DNA of 32,483 bases, taken from NCBI GenBank assembly GCA_002731115.1, contig PBZO01000001.1, forward strand, positions 1,069 through 33,551, given 5' to 3'. Both the position numbers and the translations under genes were made by a program. Under the pieces are notes generated by a model. It was not told where the DNA came from. It made no database searches and worked only from the letters and a program-made list of their open reading frames with translations. This document shows, one piece after another, positions 1-8,038 of the stretch (positions are counted from its first letter, which is position 1; each line of letters starts with the position of its first letter). Source of the stretch: Candidatus Pacearchaeota archaeon. Lineage in GTDB: Archaea; Nanobdellota; Nanobdellia; Pacearchaeales; GW2011-AR1.

Positions 1-30
1 TTTTTTATACTCAATTTAATAGATTAATCT

Positions 31-600
31 ATGAGAAAAATAATTTCCAAATATGAAGAAAACAAAAACAAGAAAATAAAACAATATGTTGTTGGAGGAA
101 TCCTTATATTTATTATGTTATTTAGCACCCTGGGATATTCATTTCTAGGAGGGACAGATAGTCATACTAACAAAATAATTTATAATGATCTTGAATTTGT
201 AAACCAGAATAATTTTTGGTTCTTAAATAATGGAGGGGCTGAATATGTTTTCAAGTATAATCCAAGACAAATAGATTTTAGAGATATATCCGAATTAAAG
301 GATATAAATAATTATTATGGAAAACCCTTGTACATTTCTTCCAAGAATAAAGAAGCAGAATTAGAAATTGCACGAAATCTATATTCAATTGTCCAAAGAA
401 TACAACATGCTTGTCTAAAAAATAGAGAATGCACGGAAAATCTTCCAGAAAAAACTTGTGAAGATAACTTTATAATAATTGAAGAATCTAATAATCCTTC
501 AATAACTCAGGAAGATAATTGTGTAATCATTCAAGGTCCAAAAAAAGACTTATTAAAAACTATTGATGAATTCCTATTTAATATATTAGAAATAAAATAA
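31..600 (+). CDS. Membrane-anchored hypothetical protein
   Basis: 189 aa; basic N-terminus, one hydrophobic helix (YVVGGILIFIMLFSTLGYSFL), then a soluble domain with 4 Cys; TATA-like TTTTTATA 29 nt before the ATG. Confidence 0.85.
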   Translation: MRKIISKYEENKNKKIKQYVVGGILIFIMLFSTLGYSFLGGTDSHTNKIIYNDLEFVNQNNFWFLNNGGAEYVFKYNPRQIDFRDISELKDINNYYGKPLYISSKNKEAELEIARNLYSIVQRIQHACLKNRECTENLPEKTCEDNFIIIEESNNPSITQEDNCVIIQGPKKDLLKTIDEFLFNILEIK

Positions 601-628
601 TAAATCTTATAAACTCCTAAATAGAGAT

Positions 629-1351
629 ATGAATATGGAAAAGAGAAAAGACAAGGAATATGAAATCTTTAAGATAAAAAAGAAAGGAAAAGAAAAAACA
701 ATAAAGATTCCTAGTTCTTCTGAGAAAAAACCAGTAACTAAAAAACAAATTAAAGAAGAGAATAAGATATTAAGAAATATATTAATAACTGTGGGGATAT
801 TAGGGATTATCTCTCTATTAATTTATTTATCTATAGTCTCTGCAAAATCTTTTGAATATGAGGGAATATCATTTGAAATAGAAAAATATTGTGATTCCGG
901 ACCCTGCATAACCCTCTATAAAACTTCAATACCTGTGAAATATAAAGATGGTGTAACCGGGAGAATAGTTGATGCAGACTATAATATTCGCTTAAGAAAT
1001 GATCCAAGGGATTTAAAAAATGTTCCAGTAGAAGGAAAAATAGATTTTAGAAAAAACATTGTTCTTGAAATTACAACAGAAGATCTTTTTTGCGATGGGG
1101 ATTGGAATCTGGCAATTGGAAACCTTCAAAAATTAAATATTTTTGGAATGACTTTACTTGTAAAAAACAATAATGAAACTTATGAGCCCGAAAATGAATT
1201 TATGTTTATAAAAATACAACCAAATGATATTACAAATATAATTGAAGTTAATAAAAATAATTATAATTTAAATGTTAATAATTGTGAAATATTAGAAGTT
1301 ACAGAAAGATTAATAGTTGAAGCTTTTATTAAATTTAATGAATTAAATTAG
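629..1351 (+). CDS. Membrane-anchored hypothetical protein, probable distant paralog of 31..600 (start may be ATG 635)
   Basis: 240 aa; Lys-rich N-terminus, one TM (ILITVGILGIISLLIYLSIV), 4 Cys; CTTATAAA at 606-613 starts 29 nt before ATG 635. Confidence 0.85.
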   Translation: MNMEKRKDKEYEIFKIKKKGKEKTIKIPSSSEKKPVTKKQIKEENKILRNILITVGILGIISLLIYLSIVSAKSFEYEGISFEIEKYCDSGPCITLYKTSIPVKYKDGVTGRIVDADYNIRLRNDPRDLKNVPVEGKIDFRKNIVLEITTEDLFCDGDWNLAIGNLQKLNIFGMTLLVKNNNETYEPENEFMFIKIQPNDITNIIEVNKNNYNLNVNNCEILEVTERLIVEAFIKFNELN

Positions 1352-1967
1352 CTTTTTTCTTTTTTAATAAAACGTAAATTACTAAAACTATTAAAGAGCA
1401 TAATAAAATAATCAAGGTAATTAAACTCATATTTGTACTTATCCATGCAGAATTACTTCCAAAAAAATACCCTACATAAATTAAGATTAATGTCCAAATT
1501 CCTGCTCCAAGAGATGTAAATAAAATAAACTTATACAAATTCATCTTTGAAAAACCTGCAGGAAAAGAAATTAATTGTCTAATTACTGGAATTAATCTTC
1601 CTATAAAAGTTGTTATTTCTCCGTGTTTTTTAAAATAATTATCTGATTTTTCTAGTTTTCCCTTATTTATAAAAAGTATTTTACCATATTTTGATATTAA
1701 TAAATCAATAACTGCTCTCCCAAGATATAATGCTAAAAAGAAATTAATTAGTGCACCTACTAAACTTCCAAGTAAACCAGCTAAAAAAACCATAATAAAA
1801 CTCATCTCTCCACTAGCAATTAATGCTCCTGCCGGAATTAAAATAATCTCACTTGGAAAAGGGAAAAAAGAACTTTCAATTGCCATCCCAACAAATATCC
1901 CAAAATATCCCAATCCCTTTATGATTGATAATATTATTTCTATAAGTTGATAAAATAATTCTAACAT
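1335..1967 (-). CDS. dedA: DedA family membrane protein
   Basis: Family motifs ESSFFPFPSEIILIPAG and GRLIPVIRQLISFPAG; multiple TM helices. Confidence 0.93.
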   Translation of the reverse strand: MLELFYQLIEIILSIIKGLGYFGIFVGMAIESSFFPFPSEIILIPAGALIASGEMSFIMVFLAGLLGSLVGALINFFLALYLGRAVIDLLISKYGKILFINKGKLEKSDNYFKKHGEITTFIGRLIPVIRQLISFPAGFSKMNLYKFILFTSLGAGIWTLILIYVGYFFGSNSAWISTNMSLITLIILLCSLIVLVIYVLLKKKKANLIH

Positions 1968-1968
1968 T

Positions 1969-2484
1969 TTACTTTTTTAGATTAGAATATAAATTTTTTA
2001 TATCTGAATAAACAGGAATCTCTTTTATTTTAAATAATTTCACCTCTGTAAACCAAATTCCTATAACAAAAATAATACTTCCAAAATACCACAATAATTT
2101 ATGAGTTACATCAAACCAAAGATACCCTGAAACAAAAGCAGACCCCAATAAAAATATTCTTAAGATATTTATTATTAAAAGGGCTGTAAATGATAATAAG
2201 AGAATCTTCATCCTTTTTTTCATTTTTGGAGTTGATAAATTAAGAATTAATAGAAGATAATAAGCAGAACCAGCAATACATGCATCTACTAATTCTATAG
2301 AAAATCCGCCAATAGCAATTATATTCCCTGATAGAGTTGCATCAAAAAACAAATTAAATAATAAATAAACAGGATAAATAGTAATTGGGGTGAAAATAAA
2401 ATAAAAGATCCATAGATTAGGAACGGATACTAAAATTAAAATGAGATATCTGATGAATAAACTAGAAACATCCTTATTTTCCAT
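1969..2484 (-). CDS. Archaeosortase/exosortase family protein (pacearchaeosortase-like)
   Basis: Multi-TM 171 aa with Cys (ELVDACIAG), Arg (INILRI) and His (DVTH) in the order of the exosortase catalytic triad. Confidence 0.85.
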   Translation of the reverse strand: MENKDVSSLFIRYLILILVSVPNLWIFYFIFTPITIYPVYLLFNLFFDATLSGNIIAIGGFSIELVDACIAGSAYYLLLILNLSTPKMKKRMKILLLSFTALLIINILRIFLLGSAFVSGYLWFDVTHKLLWYFGSIIFVIGIWFTEVKLFKIKEIPVYSDIKNLYSNLKK

Positions 2485-2503
2485 GGAAATTAAAGAGGAA
2501 ATC

Positions 2504-2513
2504 TATTTAAATA
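2504..2513. promoter_or_regulatory. Palindromic TATA box, probably shared by divergent sortase and PAP2 genes
   Basis: TATTTAAATA is a perfect palindrome centred on the midpoint (2508.5) of ATG 2484(-) and ATG 2533(+). Confidence 0.6.
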
Positions 2514-2532
2514 ATTTAATATTTATAAATTT

Positions 2533-3150
2533 ATGAAAAAAAAACAAGTAGTTTTTATTGGGATAATAATTTTCTTCTTAACACTTTTTAGTCTTTATTT
2601 TGATTCTGAAATTGTTAAAGGAGTTTCCTCTATTAGAACTGCTTTCTTAGATGATTTTTTCATAGGAATTACATATTTGAGTTCTAAACTAGTAATTTTC
2701 CTCTTTTTAACAATGCTATTTGTATTAAGATACAATAAAAGGAAGTGGATTCTCCCAATCTGGTTTACTCTTTTTCTATCGGCAGTTATTAGTTTTTTAT
2801 TGAAGTTTTCTATACAAAGACCAAGACCTTTTCAATTAGGAATTATATCTCTATTACCTTCACTAGAAAAAGCAAGTCACTTAATATGGAATTTTTCTTT
2901 TCCATCATCTCATGCAATGATTATTTTCTGCACAATCCCATTTATTTCAAGAAAATTTCCAAGATTTAAATATATCTGGATTATTTCTGCATTGTTAGTT
3001 GCATTTTCAAGAGTCTATTTTGGATTACATTTTTTAAGTGATGTAATCGTTGGAGGATTAATTGGTTATCTAATAGGAATAATTGTAATAAAACAAGAAA
3101 AAGAAAATAAGTTTTGGGAAAAGATTTATAATAAAATCTCTAGAAGATAA
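2533..3150 (+). CDS. PAP2 family membrane phosphatase (lipid/polyprenyl pyrophosphate phosphatase-like)
   Basis: Motifs C1 KFSIQRPRP, C2 SFPSSH, C3 SRVYFGLHFLSDV; multiple TMs. Confidence 0.93.
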   Translation: MKKKQVVFIGIIIFFLTLFSLYFDSEIVKGVSSIRTAFLDDFFIGITYLSSKLVIFLFLTMLFVLRYNKRKWILPIWFTLFLSAVISFLLKFSIQRPRPFQLGIISLLPSLEKASHLIWNFSFPSSHAMIIFCTIPFISRKFPRFKYIWIISALLVAFSRVYFGLHFLSDVIVGGLIGYLIGIIVIKQEKENKFWEKIYNKISRR

Positions 3151-3240
3151 TTATAAGTTAATCAATTGTGGAATAAATCGTCCAAAGAAAAAATTCATTG
3201 ATTCTCTAATTACAAAATAAGTTATCATCTTAATCTAATC

Positions 3241-4860
3241 TTATTTATCTCGCATTTTTATAACCATAGAAATAATAGCTACTATTAAAATTACATTAAT
3301 TATTCCAATTCCCCATAAATACCTATTATCCCCCATAGATTCTGAAAAATTAAATCCCGATTTTTCAATTAAAACTGAAACAGGTTGTTTTGATACTATT
3401 TCATTTCCTGAAAGGACTTCAACATTAAATAATTGATTTCCTAAAGCATCTTTATTCACATTGAATGTGAATGAAACATCTTTTGATTCTCCTGCACCTA
3501 AAACAATTATATTTAGATCTTGTGTAACAGAAGATGCCCAATTAGTATATCCTGTTGCTTTTACTGTATAAGTTGTTAATTCATCTCCAGTATTTCTGAT
3601 AACTGATTTTACTATTAATTCTTCTCCTGCTTTTGCATCTGATTCAAGACTTGCAGAAACTAAAACTTCTGGTGAACTTGTTGGAGTTGGAGTCTCTCCA
3701 CAACTTCCTTCTACTTTAAATGGAACATTAAATTCCGAATCATCATCATTACTATTTTCATAAACTTCATCATCTTCGTTATAAACCCAAAACTTAATAG
3801 TATGGAATTTTTCTTGAGCATCTGTTGGAATCTCTACACTTGTAGAAAGTTTCTCATTTTCTAAAGAATCAATATCTCCAAGCATGACATCTTGATCTAT
3901 TCCTAACTCCTTATTATAAATAGTAACATAAACATCTTCTTGATCATCTTCTCCGATATTCCAAACATCTGCTGTAATCTGCATTTCACTTCCGCATGAA
4001 GCTACATCGGGTATACTAATATCATCAAGAATAACAAAATCATTTTCAAGTGTTATTGTAATATCCTCTGAATTACTAATACATTCCATACTCTCTCCAA
4101 GATCATCGCTATAAGCCTTAACATATAAAACATAATCATCCCCCATATCTGTATTTAGATCATCAGGATCTACTTGAAAATCAACTTTTATTGTTTCTTT
4201 TTTTCCATCCTTAAGATTAAAGTTACTTTCTTCATTATCAATTACCCATTTATCTTCTTTTGTACTATAAACTCCCCATTCAACAACAACATCATCTATA
4301 TCTTCATCACCATCATTATCAACTCTAATATCAACTTCAATTTTATCGAGAGGATACCACTCATCATCACTATCTCCGAATCCCTTTGTATTATCAGGAT
4401 TTACTTTACCAAAAGTCAAATTTCCTCCTTGATTCCCTGATGAACAATAATTCTGATTATCAAATGTAAGTGTAATACTTGTTGTATTAGTATCAGTAGA
4501 GTTTGAAGCATTAGCTGCAGTGATTGTAATTGCTTTAGTATTCTTCTCAAGATTAAAATCACTCGAGATAGCAGTTGTATTTACCTTAAATGTTGCTGTC
4601 TTAGTACCAGTAATTGAAGTTGTATTTAATAATGAGAGAGTTATTGTATTCCCATCCTCATCAGTAATTGTTGCAGTTGAAGGATAACTAAAATTAGAAC
4701 TTATAGTTGAATTTACTATAAAAGTAGTAGAATTTGAAGATTTAGTAAGAGTTGATGGGGAAGTTGGAGTAGAAATTGTGAGTGCTGCAAAAGCAAAACC
4801 AATGCATAATATTAGTATTAAGATACTTGCATTAAATAAATTAGATATTTTACCTTTCAT
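3241..4860 (-). CDS. Putative S-layer / cell-surface glycoprotein with CARDB/Ig-like repeats
   Basis: Signal peptide (..CIGFAFA), Ser/Thr-rich region with many N-x-S/T sequons, three acidic beta-rich repeats with N-x-G motif, C-terminal TM followed by KMRDK. Confidence 0.8.
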   Translation of the reverse strand: MKGKISNLFNASILILILCIGFAFAALTISTPTSPSTLTKSSNSTTFIVNSTISSNFSYPSTATITDEDGNTITLSLLNTTSITGTKTATFKVNTTAISSDFNLEKNTKAITITAANASNSTDTNTTSITLTFDNQNYCSSGNQGGNLTFGKVNPDNTKGFGDSDDEWYPLDKIEVDIRVDNDGDEDIDDVVVEWGVYSTKEDKWVIDNEESNFNLKDGKKETIKVDFQVDPDDLNTDMGDDYVLYVKAYSDDLGESMECISNSEDITITLENDFVILDDISIPDVASCGSEMQITADVWNIGEDDQEDVYVTIYNKELGIDQDVMLGDIDSLENEKLSTSVEIPTDAQEKFHTIKFWVYNEDDEVYENSNDDDSEFNVPFKVEGSCGETPTPTSSPEVLVSASLESDAKAGEELIVKSVIRNTGDELTTYTVKATGYTNWASSVTQDLNIIVLGAGESKDVSFTFNVNKDALGNQLFNVEVLSGNEIVSKQPVSVLIEKSGFNFSESMGDNRYLWGIGIINVILIVAIISMVIKMRDK

Positions 4861-4978
4861 CTGTAGTCATTTAGGAATTACTCTTGTTTATAAGGTTTTC
4901 TATTTTAAAAGCTATAGTTTAATTTTGAGATTGTCAAAAGATTTATATAATATTTTAGTCTAATTATAAATATAAAAG

Positions 4979-5362
4979 ATGGTTATAAAATCACAAGAAA
5001 ATTCCCTAAGTGCATGGGCTTTTTTAATAGGAGTTATACTTGCAGTAATAGGAGGTGTTTTAACAGGAGATTATACTAATCCTATTATCTTAACTGTTAT
5101 TATTGTTTTAGGATTAATTGTAGGATATTTTGTTGCAGAAAAAGATGTTCAAACTTTCCTTTTCGCATCAGTATCTTCAGTAATTGCAAGTTTTGCAGGA
5201 ATTCAAGGACTTGCAACTAATGTTGCACTTACAGGAATTACAGTAAGTGGAGTAGAATTAGGAAAGATGATTATATCTATTTTAATTGCCTTATTATTTT
5301 TATTTGTACCTGCAACAATCTTTGTAGCTATAAAAACAGTATTTTCTATTGCTAAAGTTTAA
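4979..5362 (+). CDS. Small integral membrane protein of unknown function
   Basis: 127 aa, about 4 hydrophobic helices, starts AWAFLIGVILAVIGG; divergent from the S-layer gene. Confidence 0.85.
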   Translation: MVIKSQENSLSAWAFLIGVILAVIGGVLTGDYTNPIILTVIIVLGLIVGYFVAEKDVQTFLFASVSSVIASFAGIQGLATNVALTGITVSGVELGKMIISILIALLFLFVPATIFVAIKTVFSIAKV

Positions 5363-5966
5363 GTTTATTTAAATTAATCATAGAACTATTCATATCTAAT
5401 CTAGGGCATGCAGTATTTACCCATGAATCTATTTGAAAGTTCTCAAATTCTCTTGTATCAATATTATTACTAATAAATAAATAAGATTCCTTATCTTTCA
5501 ACTTCTTTTTAAAATCTAATGCTTTCTTTATATTTTCTTGACCTTGTTTTGTTGAGATTATTATCCCTATTTTTTCTGCATTAAGAAACTTAATATAAGA
5601 TGCTTTTTGTCTTTTTTTCAAGATTTCTATCTCCTTAGACAATACTCTCTCTAATTTATTATCTTCCAGTATATAAATAGGGAGTTTTGTCTCATAAGCT
5701 AAAGAAATTCCATGAAATCTTCCATCAGTTATTAATAGTATTGCTCTTGTATCTCTAGAAAATTTTGGAATAGTGCACCCTAAGATCTGACTAAATTTTT
5801 TTATTTTATGTCCTCTTGAAAGAATATCTTTTATTTTATAAGCAATATCCTTATATTGAATAGAATAAGTAATAGCTATATTCTTGGGAAGTTTTTTTGA
5901 AATTTCTTCTATCTTTGATTTATCTACCTTTATTTTTACTTTTGTATCAATAAATAATGTTTTCAT
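5352..5966 (-). CDS. dph2: Diphthamide synthesis Dph2-family protein, N-terminally shortened (204 aa)
   Basis: SIQY, QILGC, DGRFH, STKQGQ and NTACPR motifs; start MKTLFID chosen because TTTATAAA lies 30 nt upstream and the longer frame overlaps sepF. Confidence 0.85.
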   Translation of the reverse strand: MKTLFIDTKVKIKVDKSKIEEISKKLPKNIAITYSIQYKDIAYKIKDILSRGHKIKKFSQILGCTIPKFSRDTRAILLITDGRFHGISLAYETKLPIYILEDNKLERVLSKEIEILKKRQKASYIKFLNAEKIGIIISTKQGQENIKKALDFKKKLKDKESYLFISNNIDTREFENFQIDSWVNTACPRLDMNSSMINLNKLKL

Positions 5967-6051
5967 GATATATAAAACAAAGGAGAGGTTTATAAATATT
6001 CGATAATGGCTATTTTTATAGAATACAAAGAAACTAATAATAATTAATTTT

Positions 6052-6444
6052 TTACACAAACCTATCTTTATCTTCTTTCTTTGGTTTTTCAGCTTGCTTA
6101 TGAATCTTTGCAAAAGAAGGTGTTACAACAACTATATCTTCTAAAAATCCTGCAATACTTCCCTCAATTGCATCGGTTGTCTTTTTAATTTTAGAGATTG
6201 CCCTTTTTAATTCAATAGAATCTCTTTTTCTTAATATCTTAATATCAATAACTGCGATAGTATATCCCTCTCTTAGAGCATTAAGAATATCATTTACATC
6301 TTCATATTGCTTTAATACAAAAAGCTTTACAATAACCTTCTTATCTTTTTTCTCTTGACCCAGATCAATTTCCAGATAATCATTATCGTCAGACTCTCCA
6401 TCTATTGAATCTGAGAAAATCTTCCTTATTTTTCTTAATACCAT
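6052..6444 (-). CDS. sepF: Cell division protein SepF
   Basis: DYLEIDL N-terminal motif, LREGYTIAVIDI, GSIAGF..IVVVTP; typical archaeal SepF size. Confidence 0.9.
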   Translation of the reverse strand: MVLRKIRKIFSDSIDGESDDNDYLEIDLGQEKKDKKVIVKLFVLKQYEDVNDILNALREGYTIAVIDIKILRKRDSIELKRAISKIKKTTDAIEGSIAGFLEDIVVVTPSFAKIHKQAEKPKKEDKDRFV

Positions 6445-6496
6445 ATTAAATTTACAATCAAGATATTTATAAATATTTCTGTGATTTGTTAGGTGT

Positions 6497-6820
6497 TTAT
6501 TTCTTAGTCTGATTCATAAACTCTTCTCTTAAAGTTTCTAACTGTTTTGTTAAATTGCCTTCTTGTTTTTCAATTGTTTTTAATCTTAAATCTAATATCT
6601 TCTCTTTTTCTGCAAGTTCTTTTTTTACATTAGATTTATCTGTTTTAATCATTAATTGTCCAACAATTTTGAAAATTTCTTCTCCTGATTTCCCTATCTC
6701 TTTTAATGCTGCAGAATTCTCAGATGATTCCATTTGAAAAGCCTGTTTTTGTAAAAGCAAATTCTGAAGATTCTGCTCTAACATCTGCATTTCTTGTATT
6801 TTTTTATCTTGATTTTCCAT
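6497..6820 (-). CDS. pfdB: Prefoldin beta subunit
   Basis: Coiled coils flanking IFKIVGQLMIK hairpin; follows rpoP. Confidence 0.92.
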   Translation of the reverse strand: MENQDKKIQEMQMLEQNLQNLLLQKQAFQMESSENSAALKEIGKSGEEIFKIVGQLMIKTDKSNVKKELAEKEKILDLRLKTIEKQEGNLTKQLETLREEFMNQTKK

Positions 6821-6821
6821 T

Positions 6822-6959
6822 TTATTTAGCTTTTACTTTTTTTATCTTAGTTCTAGCTTTAAAAAATATCTTTCCTCCGCAATGAGGACAGACAAATCTC
6901 TTATCAAGAGCACTAACATTAATCTTCTTCTCGCACTTAAAACATTTGTATGATTGCAT
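6822..6959 (-). CDS. rpoP: RNA polymerase subunit Rpo12/P (not in ORF track)
   Basis: Hand translation MQSYKCFKCEKKINVSALDKRFVCPHCGGKIFFKARTKIKKVKAK; Cys4 zinc ribbon; between rpl37ae and pfdB. Confidence 0.93.
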   Translation of the reverse strand: MQSYKCFKCEKKINVSALDKRFVCPHCGGKIFFKARTKIKKVKAK

Positions 6960-6963
6960 TTTA

Positions 6964-7179
6964 TTATAAATGATATGTATTTGACGCAAATTTTTTATTG
7001 CATCTTGAGCATTTCCAAATCCCTTTGGAGAGTCTTTTTACTCCTAATTTTTCGCAAAAAGGACATTTTTGCTTTACTCTCTGTTTTGTTTCAACATTCA
7101 CTAATCTTGCCCTTACTGTTTTCCCATATCTTGGTCCAAATCTTCCTGCCGATTTAGATTTCTTTGATTTTGATGTCAT
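6964..7179 (-). CDS. rpl37ae: 50S ribosomal protein L37Ae (eL43)
   Basis: AGRFGPRYG, CPFC..GIWKCSRC zinc finger. Confidence 0.96.
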   Translation of the reverse strand: MTSKSKKSKSAGRFGPRYGKTVRARLVNVETKQRVKQKCPFCEKLGVKRLSKGIWKCSRCNKKFASNTYHL

Positions 7180-7245
7180 TTTTGTAAGCCAATATAGATT
7201 ATAAATTTATTGTAAAAGTCATTTTTAAACGTTCTGTTTATAAAA

Positions 7246-7318
7246 TGGGGCTACCAGGATTTGAACCTGGGTCGCGAAGTCCCAAACCTCGAAGCTTACC
7301 ATACTGGCCCATAGCCCC
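7246..7318 (-). tRNA. tRNA-Pro(UGG)
   Basis: Minus strand GGGGCTA..TAGCCCCA acceptor, anticodon arm CGAGG-TTTGGGA-CTTCG, T arm CCAGG-TTCAAAT-CCTGG; no intron, CCA not encoded. Confidence 0.93.
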
Positions 7319-7351
7319 TTATTTAAAAAGAATTATATTTAATTTATAAAA

Positions 7352-8038
7352 CTATTTCTTCTTTATTTCTTTCTTTGAATCTTCTTTTTTTGCCTCTTCT
7401 TCCTTTTCTTCCCCTGGTTTTTCTCCTTCAGTTGTTTCTTCTTTCTTCTCAGCTTCAGCTTCTTTTTCAGCTTGTTCTTGTTTTGCTATTTTTTCTTGTT
7501 CAGCTTTTAATTCTTCGAAATATTTATCCAATTCTGCTTTTTTCTCACTTGGTGTTTCTATTTTCTCTTCCTTTATCTCTTTATCATATTTTCCTTCATC
7601 TATATCTTTTTCAATTTCATATGCTCGTTTATTCTCAATTAAAACTCCTAAACTAACACAAGTTCCTACAATTGTTTTAACAGCTGATTTTAAGTCTTTA
7701 CAAAGCATATTTGGAAGTTTTGTTTTTGCAATAGAAATTATTTGCTCTATCGAGGCATTTGCTACTTTTGTTTTGTCTTGTAACCCAGAACCTTTCTCAA
7801 TTCCTAATTCTCTTTTTATTAATTCTGAGACTGGTGGAGAAAATACCATGACTTCAAATTCTTTTGTTCCTGCATCTACATCTAATTCGACAGGGACTTT
7901 TAATCCACTAAAATTTTTTGTTGATTCATTTACTTTTTGTATAATTTGATTAACATTTATTCCTAGTGGCCCAATTTTCTGGCTTAAAGCTGGTCCTGGT
8001 TTCATGCTCCCGCCTTCTACTAATAATTTAATCTTCAT
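7352..8038 (-). CDS. rpl11: 50S ribosomal protein L11 (uL11) with long Glu/Lys C-terminal tail
   Basis: LLVEGG..PGPALSQKIGPLGIN, VGTCVSLG; start MKIKLL overlaps the spt5 end. Confidence 0.96.
   Translation of the reverse strand: MKIKLLVEGGSMKPGPALSQKIGPLGINVNQIIQKVNESTKNFSGLKVPVELDVDAGTKEFEVMVFSPPVSELIKRELGIEKGSGLQDKTKVANASIEQIISIAKTKLPNMLCKDLKSAVKTIVGTCVSLGVLIENKRAYEIEKDIDEGKYDKEIKEEKIETPSEKKAELDKYFEELKAEQEKIAKQEQAEKEAEAEKKEETTEGEKPGEEKEEEAKKEDSKKEIKKK

Noticed and set aside
3151-3240. Inverted repeat AATCAAT/ATTGATT between convergent PAP2 and S-layer genes
   Set aside because: Short and AT-rich; expected by chance
5967-6113. N-terminal extension of Dph2 in the ORF track
   Set aside because: Overlaps sepF and the promoter, and has no Dph2-like motif
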